From Callorhinchus milii (Eukaryota), in the NCBI RefSeq assembly GCF_018977255.1, contig NW_024704767.1, forward strand, positions 7,130,001-7,194,000: a DNA stretch of 64,000 nt, written 5' to 3'. Within the stretch, counting starts at the first letter, position 1. Every line of letters begins with the position of its first letter. Position numbers and translations under genes: made by a program. This document shows, one piece after another, positions 41,301-52,656 of this stretch. Under the pieces are notes generated by a model. The model worked only from the letters and a program-made list of their open reading frames with translations, searched no databases and was not told the DNA's origin.

Positions 41301-44300
41301 TGAAGGGTGCTAAGTAAATGCAAGTTTTTGTTGTTGTCTTGAACCTGGCATCAGCCTAGTGAATCAGTACTGGACTCACTCCATCTCTGACATTTCTTCT
41401 GTAATAGGGCTCAAAATAATGTATTAATTCCTAGTGCAATACAGTTTATGTATATGTGCATTTCACATCAAGAGAACGTCTCAAAGCGCTTGATACTGTT
41501 GGCTGGGCACCCAAGCAAAGAAAGAATTTTCATAGAAAGAGAATGAAGTTGCTTCTTCATATGATGATGTTTTATTTTCTAGGTGTCGGCGGAATCGAAA
41601 GTGAAGCAGTTATGCTTGGCCAGCCAGTCACTCTCACATTACCTCAAGTAGTTGGGTGTAAACTGGTAGGGATCATTAATCCACTGGCAACTTCTATAGA
41701 TGTTGTTTTAAGCATTACAAAGGTAAGGGAGAAAATTCTCTTGGAAAATCTTTTATCTGTAAACATTTTTGTAAAAGAGGACTAGACAGAATTGGATTAA
41801 TTTTCTTCATTGTTCTGCAGCAACTTCGACAAGTGGGAGTTTCTGGAAAATTTGTAGAATTCTTTGGCTCAGGGGTGTCGCAATTGTCTGTAGCAGACCG
41901 AACAACTATAGCAAATATGTGTCCTGAATATGGTGCTACTGTGAGCTTTTTCCCGGTTGATGATGTTACTTTGAGGCATTTAAAATGTACAGGTAAGGAG
42001 GCAGTATTAAAATTCTTAGAACAATTTGTTTCAAACTTTTCTAATTCTGTTTGTGTACATGTAAACCTTTTTCTTTTATTAAAAAAAATAGGCTATGGTG
42101 AAGCGAAACTTGAATCTGTGGAAACCTATTTAAAAGCTGTGAAATTGTTCAGAAATTATGACAATTCCTCTCAAGACCCTGATTATTCTCAGGTAGCGTA
42201 AACGAGCTGTACTGTTTTGAACCAAATGAGGGCATTTTTGATCCTATGAAGGGAATGAATGGTAGACTGTTTTGAATGGTGTAAAATTCTTTTCTACATA
42301 TACAAATGTAATCTTGGTTCAGACAATTATGGAATACAAATCTGGCAGAGCTAGTTTTTGGTTTGAATGTAAAAATCTGCCGTTTTTGAGCACAGTGGGA
42401 TTTTTTTTAAAGTTTAAAAAGTGAATGAACCTCTGTGTTTAATCATTAACTTATGCTTAATGATTAGAGGCATCTTAGGGATAGAGCTCCTGATCGTATC
42501 ATGTGATTGGGGATGCGAGACTGTTCGTTCATATGATCAGCACACAACTTCATGATTTCTCAGCGGCAGTAGTATGCACAAAATGTATTTTGCACGTTGA
42601 CCAAGGACTGTTTCTAAATGTAAAATGTGGGTTAAAAGGTGACACCAGATGTTTGGATATCTTCCTAGTGGTTTGGGATTGTTGGACACATTAACAGAAT
42701 TTATTTCCCCTTCAAAAACGATTAAAGAATAGCTAGCCCCTTAGCTTTATTCTATATCTCCATGGGTGGAATGTTAGTTAATATGTTAGATTTTTTAAAA
42801 TGCTAATCAGTTGATAGAATATTGTTGATGATGGATAGAATGCCTTGTATATTAATGCCTTGTGTATCTTTGCTCAGGTCATAGAATTAAATCTGTCTTC
42901 TATTGCACCATATGTAAGTGGTCCAAAACGACCTCAGGATAGAGTAGTAGTAACTGACATGAAGAAAGATTTCCAAAACAGCCTGAATGAAAAGGTGAGT
43001 AACTAAAATAAATAAAGTCCTTGCTTGTGCAGATCTTGCGTTGTGCATGACATGTATTCTGTCATACATTCTTGTGTAAAAACACAATTATAATCCTTTA
43101 GAAATGCATTTATTTTAGATTGTATTTGTATGGTTGCCAGTTGCTCAGCAACCTTTAATATTGGACTGGTTTATTTAATTCAAAAGCAATAGGGAGGCAA
43201 ACTGAAAGCCTTAAAATACAATTGGATCCTATAATGTGGCGGTTTGGATCCATAAAATCGCAAGTGTTTTTAGTGATTCCAGAAGGCCCTCTGTACCGAT
43301 GCACAAGAAGCTCACCAGTTACAGCTAGAAGCTATATAACGTGCTTTACTATGTCACAATATGATAATGCCATAAACAGACCCGTGCTGTACCAGGATGT
43401 GTTAAGCTGAGGAAAGTCAAGGAATGACAACAATAAAATTGCATTTGTATAGCGCCTTTCACGTTGGGTAATCAGGAGGGTCATCGAAGGAAGAAAGTAA
43501 TGAAAGAAAATTGGAGAACAGCAATTATATGTAGAGTTCTTTCATTTAAAGTTACGGTTTTCTTAAATGGATTTTAATTTTTGTTTTGCAGGTTGGTTTT
43601 AAAGGATTTCAAATTCCTCCAGAGAAGCAAAAGGACACTGTTGATATTAAGTATGAAGGAAAAGATTATAAGCTTTCCCATGGTTCTGTTGTCATAGCAG
43701 CTGTAATAAGCTGTACAAATAATTGTAATCCATCTGTCATGTTGGGGGCAGGTAAGGTGCATTAATAATTAGCCCATTCAAATTTGTTTTCCATTGGTCA
43801 GTTTTGCTCCTTATGTGGAGACCTGTAATGTATTGGTTAGAGCACTCGCCTTGCAAGCGAGAGGACCTGGGTTCGATTCCCGGGCAGGGTGAAATGGTAG
43901 GCAGGTTTTCTTACTCCACACACCTCTGCTTAACTAACCTTAAGCAGGAACCCGGTTGTTAGTCGATTGGTGGATCGCTTTTCCGAGGGTAATAATCCCT
44001 TCAAAAAAATTTTTACTTAATTATTCATTTGGTCACTCAATCCACGACTGTTAGTGGGACACTGCAGTGCGCAATTGGCTGACAAGTTTCACCCACAAAA
44101 TACATAATTCACTTTACAGTGTATTCTGTGAAGCGCTTTGAGATGCCTTGAATGTGTGATAAGGCGCTGTATCAAATGTGAGTAGTTATTATTATTAAAG
44201 TACAATTCTAGCTTTGATCCTGTTTAAGCAATTTGATGATGTGTTACATTAGTTTGACTTCTGGAACCCTGGTTTAAATCCTGTGACATTATTGGGAAGG

Positions 44301-47300
44301 ATGTTTTTGCACCCAGAATAGTCACTTTATCAACCACTCTGATTCCTCAGCCCTTTGTCAACTGAGTAGTTGAGCCATAAAGGTGCTCTCCCCCAAACTG
44401 CTCTGCTGGATTATTTTAAACCTGGAGACGAGCAAGGATGATGCAATTGTCATAATTGGCTCAAGACGGAGAAAAACTCCACCAGAGTTGTTGCTCCTGC
44501 TTGCTGTCCAGTAACCTTGCTGGTATTCTGTTTGTGTGCATTTTACAGTTGAATAATCTGCCAATGCTGATTGTCAAATTTACACATAAAAACAGCTATT
44601 TGAGTGAGGTTTGTGAGGGTATCTGGCTGTGAAACCATAGCCATTAGACAAATGGATGTGGAAATGGATGTTGTCTACTACAGGGGCCATCACTGGTACA
44701 TTCCGCTTGGATGATTTACTTTGTTCTATGTATTGAGACAAGTTGACTAGAATTTTTTTTTACATATTCCCATTAGGCTTGCTGGCTAAAAAGGCTATTG
44801 AAGCTGGCCTGTGTGTTAAACCTTATATTAAAACCAGTCTGTCTCCTGGAAGTGGAATGGTGACCTATTACTTAAATGCCAGCTGTGTGCTGCCTTATCT
44901 CCACACTCTGGGGTAAGTACTTTTACTTTTAAACTCTGGTGCACTAAAAATGACACTCAAGTCGTGCAGCTTGCAGTGTAATATAAAATAAGCATTATAT
45001 ATAAAAGCAGCTTCAGATTTAATTTAGTTTATTGAAGTCAATTTAAATGTAATATTGGCCTGTTGCTTTGCAAACAATAATCTATTTTAACATTGCATTG
45101 CAGTATTCGTATAATTTTTGCATTTAGAAGTGCACTTGTTTCAATAATAGGAATATGTTTACAAATATTATTGAGCACAAGTTAAATTGTAGCAAGAGGA
45201 AATGTATGTTAAAATCTTGCATCTCTATCTTTGGAAAAACAGATTTGAAGTTATTGGGTACGGCTGTGCAACATGTGTTGGGAATACTGCCCCTTTGCCT
45301 GACTCTGTTGTTGCTGGTATCAAAAAGGTAACCAGATGTTTTCTTACTCTGTTAGGGGATTTTTAAATGAACATAGGAAAGGTACAGATTTCGCCCACGA
45401 AATACACAGTCACTACACTTTACAATACATCCTGTGAAGTGCTTTGAGACGTCCCGAAGACGTGATAAGGCACTAATATCAAATGCAAGAATTATTATAT
45501 ATTATCAAATATGAGGATTATTATCTTCTGTATTTGTATTGTATTCTGTATATAACTGTTGTGAACTTTATGTTTATTCGAAACCTAACTTAAAAACCTA
45601 CATGACACTATTTTAAAAACTGTTGTATTATAAAATGTGAGTCACTAATAGAAGTATTTAGAAAAAAATGTTTGTAGGATGTTGTTGGAAGGTGCTTGTC
45701 GTGCTGTTGTGATAATACTTAATTAAAAGGTACCAAGGGAGAACATTGATGCTGTGTAATTTTAAAGCAGTTATTTGGGACTGGATGGAATGCACAGACC
45801 TCTGATTGTAGCTTTGAGCTAGATTTTGCCTTCATTGTTGGAAGAAAGTTGTGTGTTTGATGGATTTTACTACCTTTTTTTCCTGATTCTGGTGCAGGGT
45901 GAATTGGTTGCATGTGGAGTTTTATCTGGAAACAAAAACTTTGAGGGCCGCCTCTGTGACTGTGTTTGTGCCAACTACCTCGCTTCTCCTCCACTTGTTG
46001 TAGCATATGCCATAGCTGGCACGATTAACATAGATTTCGAAAGTGAACCTTTAGGTAAGCTTTTAGGTTATTTTATGGATTTTTTTTCCAAACGTTCAGT
46101 ACTTCTAATGCATTTTAAAAATGTAAGTAATATTTCCACATTATTTTAAGGTGTCAATTCAAAAGGAAAAGAAATCTACCTGTGTGATATTTGGCCCAGT
46201 AGAGAAGAGATCCAGCAAGTGGAAGAACAGCAAGTGATTCCTTCCATGTTTAAAGAGCTGAGAGAAAAAATGGAGGTTGGTAATTCACTGAATTGTTGGT
46301 GTCCAGGATACATAAATTACATGAGCGAGAAGCTCAGTGTTGTTAAATCACCATTGTTATTTTATTTTTTGGTTTTAGATTTTGCTGAATCTCTTTAGGA
46401 TTTTGTTAAGAGGTTGTAATTCAAAAGACATGATCTGCTGTTTCATGTTTTTTTCCCCCACAGAAAGGAAATAAACGCTGGAATGCCTTGGATGCTCCTG
46501 AGTCAGATTTGTACCCGTGGGATTCAAAATCAACGTACATCAGATGTCCTTCATTTTTTGATACATTTGTGAGTAAAATCTACTTATTGTCGTTGCTGTT
46601 CATTTTCTTCTTTTACAAAATGCTCCATTGCATTGAATGAACGTTGGAGCTGGAGATTAAACGCACTATGACTGAGTTGGAGTTTCTCTTCACATGAGCC
46701 CAACTCATCTAACTCCAGTCTCCTGATCCCTCCCCTTCAACATTTTATTGAAGCACCTTTCTATTTCCCTTTTCAAATCTATGTATAAAGAAATGTTTGC
46801 CAACCTCCATCCTGATTTTTATCACTTTCTTACATTTCTGCTCTCTCAAGCAGTGAAAATAATTCACATTTTATCCTCTCATAATGCTTGAAAACCTTCA
46901 CAACTCCAGTAAAAAAAATCTAACTTTATATTTATATTCTATTTAGACCAAAGAACCCAGCCCCCTTCAGTCCATTGAAAATGCTCATGTCTTGCTCCAT
47001 TTGGGAGATTCTGTTACAACAGACCACATATCTCCTGCAGGCAGTATAGCCCGTAACAGTGCTGCTGCTAGATACCTGACAAGCAAAGGGTAAGTGATGT
47101 GGATTTTAAATCACAGCGAGCTTTACAATTAAGCTGTAGTGTCAATTATCCACACTACAACAACAAAATTACATTTGTATAGCGCCTTTCACATCGGGAG
47201 GGTGTCGCAACGCCCTAGCACTAATTGGGACCACTCCATTTTGCATAACCAAACTACAAATAATTTGACTTTATGCAAAAACGAATCTCTCTCCCGGACT

Positions 47301-48934
47301 CTGTGTCTTTGTAAAACGCTTCCAAGACCTTCACCCAAGTAATGTTCTTATGAATCAAATTTGACAAAAAAGCCCAAAGAGTAACTTATTGTGTTGGTTG
47401 TGTTTTGTTTAGTCTCACACCTCGTGAGTTTAATTCTTATGGAGCACGAAGGGGTAATGATGCTGTGATGACGAGAGGAACCTTCGCAAACATTAGACTT
47501 GTGAACAAGTTTATTGGGAAAACCGGACCTAAAACTATATACTTCCCATCTGGACAAACTGTGAGTACTTGTTGCCATGAATGGATTAAAACTTAAATGT
47601 GGTTTAATAGTATTTCCATTGAATAAAGCTGTCTAACTTCTCTGCTTTATAGCTCGATGTTTTTGATGCAGCAGAACGCTACCACAGAGAGGGCTTTCCA
47701 CTGATAATTTTGGCTGGAAAAAAGTATGGTTTGGGCAATTCAAGAGACTGGGCTGCTAAAGGACCATATTTGCTGGTAAGGAGTTTTTTTTTTTGCTTTG
47801 TATGGATTCTCTAAAGGACAAGTTTAACTAAATTGGTGGGCTGGTTCATGAACTCTTTCTTACTGTGATACCATTCTGTTCCAGGGTGTGAAAGCTATCT
47901 TGGCAGAGAGTTATGAAAAGATACACAAAAACCATCTAGTTGGTATGGGCGTCATTCCTCTTCAGTTCCTCCCAGGGGAAAATGCAGAAGTACTCGGTCT
48001 TACTGGGAAGGAACAATACACCATCAAGCTTCCCCAAGATCTGTCTCCTGGAACAATAATAGATGTAATGGTAGGAATACAAAATCTTACACATCCTATA
48101 TTATAATTATAGAATTTACTGTTTGTAATTTTAATTATTTTGACCTCCACACACCAGAAGTAGACCCTTTTTTTTATTAAGAACATATTTATCGTCCATT
48201 GTGATCTTTTTCTGTGTTCCTTTGCAAGCTTTATTATTGACAATTATGTTGCAGAGAACATGAGATTGTCTGTATAGTACAATCTTCACTCTTTGGGTAT
48301 ATTGATCCAAACAGCATGTCCCCTCTTGGGAAGCTGTGGAAGCTCCAGCAAGGGATACAGTGTACATCCCGATTCACACATGCCCTATTTGGAAGAATGT
48401 TGCCATAGCAAACATCTACAAAATAATCCTTCCACGTTTAGTCAGTATTACTGTTTTTGGACCAGTCGACTCACTTCAAATCATGTTCTCGCCAGTTTGG
48501 TCCAGCACGGTGAATGCGGAAGTGCTGATCAGCAATCACGCCCATTATAAGGCACGTTGGGATTTTATGAACCACTATCGAATGCATTTTAAAGGGGTTC
48601 TACTGTAGGGTAACTGGAAGTGTGCCCAGTTGATAGCAAGCTACTGCCTACAAGTTCTGAAGGATATACTTTAACTTAGTTCTTGACTATTTGTATAACT
48701 TTTTTTTGAAGAATAAATAAATTCAGTAACAGTGTTTTGAAGTTTTGATATCTTAATCAATATTGGTTTTAGTGTTCTAGATACACGTTTTCAACAAAAA
48801 ATTTTACAATTTCTCTTTTACAGACAAGTGCAGGAAAGACATTCAAAGCTGTAGCTATGTTTGAAAATAACATGGAGGTCACCTTTTACAAGCACAGTGG
48901 TATTTTGAACTATGTTGCTCGAAAGATGGTATAA
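31897..48934 (+). CDS. IREB2: Iron-responsive element-binding protein 2 (IRP2), 22 exons, 967 aa
   Basis: Exons 31897-31915, 36211-36303, 37854-38019, 38718-38855, 39275-39499, 39839-39908, 40216-40399, 41583-41722, 41821-41992, 42092-42192, 42878-42994, 43592-43751, 44777-44912, 45243-45327, 45898-46054, 46151-46275, 46464-46568, 46947-47089, 47413-47560, 47653-47775, 47885-48070, 48824-48934 total 2904 nt in frame. Aconitase-fold motifs ([24 protein letters not shown]) are present, with IRP2 diagnostics: the Cys/Pro-rich insert exon ([11 protein letters not shown]...CPFHLQP), GNKNFEGR and [10 protein letters not shown]. Confidence 0.97.
32113..32153. repeat. Compound trinucleotide microsatellite (GGT)(GCT)(GTT), IREB2 intron 1
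   Basis: GGTGGTGGTGGTGGTGCTGCTGCTGTTGTTGTTGTTG. Confidence 0.85.
34895..35878 (+). mobile_element. L2-clade LINE 3' fragment (degenerate RT C-terminus and 3' UTR), IREB2 intron 1
   Basis: Encodes YADDTQLY (RT catalytic motif), LQLNISKTE and VRNLGVLFD, with frameshifts; ends in (TTG)n tail. Confidence 0.92.
38145..38557 (+). mobile_element. L2 LINE 3' end followed directly by a SINE 3' half, IREB2 intron 3
   Basis: 38145-38395 is nearly identical to 35645-35878 (CTCTGGAACTCCATCC...GGACGTCCTCCCGA...TTGTTGTTG); 38405-38557 is SINE core plus tail. Confidence 0.9.
43817..44197 (+). mobile_element. tRNA-headed SINE, full length, IREB2 intron 12
   Basis: Head TTGGTTAGAGCACTCGCCTTGCAAGCGAGAGGACCTGGGTTCGATTCCC, same core, (TTA)n tail. 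Confidence 0.9.
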
Positions 48935-49593
48935 CAGCTGCTAACGTCTTCGGATTTCATCCACCAGTGTCATATAACTGTCCTTGTTACCGTCCACAAG
49001 CAACCTTACTGGATGCAACATTTATGGAGTAGTGAGTGGATATTGCTGTTGGCCTTCCATGCTAGTTGTACTGTTTTTATTTGATCTTAAAAACTGTCAG
49101 CTTGCACTACAGAGGCCTGCTGTGAATGTGAAGGCCTTGACTTGCAAGTATGCTTGCTTTATTTGAATTTATAATCACTGTTGTTTGTTTTTCATACTTT
49201 TGTTTGTAATTTAACCTTATACATAATGTGCCAGAAAACAACCTATTCATGAACATACAGATGAGAAAGTCAACCACTGACAGAATTGCCCATTTACTTC
49301 ACTTCTGCCTTTTCTATGCGTAAAGACTTTAAAGCTGCAAGACATACTTTTTGTTAGTCCACGTAGGCCTGTTTCAGAATCGGAGGGTCCAAATTTAAAA
49401 CTCTTTTTCAACCTTTCCAATTTGGTGTAAATAGTTTACTCAATGTAAAATTAAAGAAGTGTTTGGAAATGCTGTGTATTAAGGCTGCCTACAAATCACA
49501 AATTTAAGGTTCTAAATAGGAAGAAAGTGTTGTGAAATCATGCTCTCTGGACCAACGTCTCTGCTACTCAGCCAGCGTTAACTTACGGAAACA

Positions 49594-50680
49594 TCTTTCC
49601 GTGATGATTTTGCCATATAACATTACTGATAAATCTGTACATTTTTAAATAGGTTAACACTTATCTATTTAGGCTTCCTCTATACCACACTATACAGTCC
49701 AAGCTACTTAATTTGAATTAGTGTAATCCTGGAGCATGGGACATAACCACTGGTTTAATTTGCATGTGAAAACCTCCAGTTCCCTTTGGTATTTGCAGAG
49801 AAGACCACTCTTTAACCTTAGAGAAAGGCATTCTGCTTAAAAGCACAAAATGGTGAAAGCAGTGCAGAAAACCTGTCTGGTTTCTTCAGAAGAAAGTCAC
49901 TACAATAAATATCACTGAAGGTATTTGTTTAGACATGGTACCCATCACAAATAAGTCTTGGTAAGTTGCCTTTTTTTCCTTTGCAACAACAAATAACATT
50001 TGTATAGAGCTTTTCACAACAGGATGACGTCCTAAGGTGCTGGTCAGGGATCCACATCCGAGCTGGTTGGGATCAGGAGGCGTGGAGGGTGGGGAGGGTA
50101 GGGGTAGGAGGGTAACCAAAAGCACGGTCGAAGAGGAGGGTCTTGAAGGAGGCAAGGGAGGGGGCAAGGCAGTGGGTCTGGGATAGAGTTCCAGTGGATG
50201 GGGGCAGAGACTGAAGGCTCTTCAGCCACCAGTTCAAAGTCCTCTGCCTTTGCAAGTCTGGGCAGTATATATTTTATACTGTATTTATAGATATGCCAAA
50301 TATACAAACAGCTTCCCATCCTCAGTCATTGCAATTCCTGATTCATTGTCTAATAATGTGCATGCTGATTAGTTAAATTCCTGGCTGCCATCATCATTGA
50401 ATGGCCTGCATATTAATTTAAGATGGGGAGTTTCAGTTGACACCTGTTCACCTTTGTTTCTTCATTCTTTCTGTAAGCAGTTTTAAATTCTCTTCCCATC
50501 CCCCCCCATTGGAAATTCACAGCTTGTTTCTTATTGTCGTCTACAAAGGCAAACAAAAACTATACTGCAGTTTTAAGCTTTTGAATGTTTGGTATTGTAT
50601 AATAAGTGTTGGAGACAAATGTCTTTCCGTGATGATTTTACCATATGTTACTGATAAACTGTACATTTTTTAATAGGTTA
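49594..50680 (+). repeat. About 60-nt direct repeat in IREB2 3' region (49594-49656 / 50622-50680)
   Basis: TCTTTCCGTGATGATTTTRCCATAT...TTACTGATAAA.CTGTACATTTTT.AATAGGTTA in both copies. Confidence 0.9.
49983..50260 (-). mobile_element. L2 LINE 3' fragment in IREB2 3' region
   Basis: Reverse complement resembles the 35600-35878 L2 end (ACTGGAACTCTATCCC...TCCTTCAAGACCCTCCTCTTCGACCGTGCTTT). Related fragments lie at approximately 11020-11255 and 61190-61330. Confidence 0.8.
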
Positions 50681-50684
50681 TGAG

Positions 50685-50690
50685 AATAAA
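50685..50690 (+). terminator. Candidate polyadenylation signal of IREB2
   Basis: AATAAA (overlapping AATAAATAAA) followed by T/GT-rich sequence, about 1.75 kb after the stop codon. Confidence 0.5.
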
Positions 50691-51392
50691 TAAACTGAAC
50701 CTTAAAATCGACTCATCTTTGTCGTCTTCACTCTGCTAAAGAGGAGGGTAATGCAATTTTCTTTGGCTTGTAACAAATCCAACATACGTGAAGGTTGGCT
50801 CAGTTTGTAGCACTCTTGCCTCTACGTTTTAATGCAGGGCTCGATGAGTGTTGCTGTCTTTTAGATGAGATTTCAAAACCAGCTGCCTGGTCAGATGAAT
50901 GCTCATGATCCCATGGCACTTTGCAGAAAATGGAGTTTGTCCCAGTGTTGAGGTGAACAATCCTTCCAGGTAACAAATTGGTCATTCTCTTCAAGGCTAT
51001 TTGTGGGTCATTGCTATGTATGAATTTACTGTTGTGTTCACCTAGAAATTTATGTTTATTGCACTTGAGACAAATAATGAATCATGTTGAGATATTTTGA
51101 CATAAGATGCTGATGCTGAATCAAATGAAAGGATTAATATTAAAAACTTGCAACTATTAAGTTTAAGAAGGATGACTGTGGAAACGTCTAAATTCTAGAT
51201 GACTACTGAATGAAGACCACTTTAAGAGGCCATCTCTGTTAGGTAACGACTGTGGATAATGTCTGTTCCAAGAACAGAATTTGTATTTGTTTATTGAAAG
51301 GGAAAATATTGAAGGCTTCTTTCAACACCTATTTGAAGAGTGTAATAATGATTTTGTTTACATTAAATTGTTCAAAAATAAGTTGAATAAGT

Positions 51393-51690
51393 GGAATCCT
51401 GTAGCTCAGTAGTTAAGAGCACTTGCTTCGTAAGTGAGTGACCTGGGTTCGATTCCCGGCAGGGCGAAACACTGGGCAAATTTCCTTACTCCACGCGCCT
51501 ATAATAATTCCTCAAGAAATAAAATAATAATTTGGTTACTCAATCCATGACTGTTTGTGAGACACTGCTGTGCACAATTGGCTGCCTCGTTTCGCCCACA
51601 AATATACAGTAAATTAATTTTACAGTATATTCTGTGAAGCACTTTGAGACGTCTAGATTATTATTGCAAGGATTAGTATTGTTATTATAA
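51393..51690 (+). mobile_element. tRNA-headed SINE, near full length
   Basis: Head GGAATCCTGTAGCTCAGTAGTTAAGAGCAC...GGTTCGATTCCC, same core and tail; possible ATAAGT target-site duplication. Confidence 0.88.
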
Positions 51691-52656
51691 GTGTTATGAT
51701 CAGGTGTTTACAGTGGGTGTGTTGTACTGAAGGTGTGTTGGAATTAAGGAGGGTACCAGCAAGTGTAACAAAGTTTTTAACAAGTATTTTTTAAGAAGTG
51801 CATTATAGCATATTGTTGTATATTGTCCATTATAGCATACTTTCTTATTATAACACGAAACACTAACTCCCTAACACTAGCCCAACTTCAATATAATGCA
51901 CTGGCTGTGATACAGTTTCATATATCCTTCATTACAGCACTCACTACTACACTATTATAACACTTTCATCTAAAGTTAGTGTTGATGTTATAGGCACCAT
52001 GAATTTCAAAATTCTTCCTCATAATTGCCACTCGATTCCATCACCAGCAGATGGCATCAGAACACTATCATTAGAGAAGTCTGCAACAGTATCTTGTCAC
52101 GATAATGAAATAATAATAAAAACTTTTAATTTGATATAGCGCCTTATCACGTCTTAAAGACGTCTCAAAGCACTTCACAGAATATACTGTAAAGTGAATT
52201 GACTGTATATGTTGTGGGCGACACAGGAGTGTCCCATAAACGGTCGTGGATTGAGTGACCCTTGACTGTCCAGCTCCTTGAGATTTCATCCCAATGCTAT
52301 ATAAAGGCAATTTTTTTTTGTTGGCTGGATCAATGCTCTTGAGCCTGATAATCAGTGACTCACCCCAATGATACAATGAACTTGCTAACTGTGACGTTAA
52401 CCAATTTTCTATGAAGCAGAAAGCACAGTAATTCACGCAAAGTTGATCTGATGTGAAAGTTTCTAAGAACGAAAAGCAATAATATAAATGGAGAAAAAAT
52501 ACATTTTAATTTACAGTAAAATAGTTTACATAGTAAACATTTTTTTTCTATCTTTAACTTTTACCAGTGGTTGTAAAGCATAACAGGCTACATTAAAGCA
52601 ACACTGAAACTCCCATTTTAAGACATTCTTTTGACTAAGGCAAACTTTAGGTAGAT

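Noticed and set aside
48955-48980. CAGTGT just after the IREB2 stop, as a possible autoregulatory IRE
   Set aside because: Flanks (TCCAC / CATAT) cannot form the 5-bp upper stem. CAGTG hits checked in the SLC25A44 5' exon and 3' UTR and the CRABP1 3' UTR also lack the stem.
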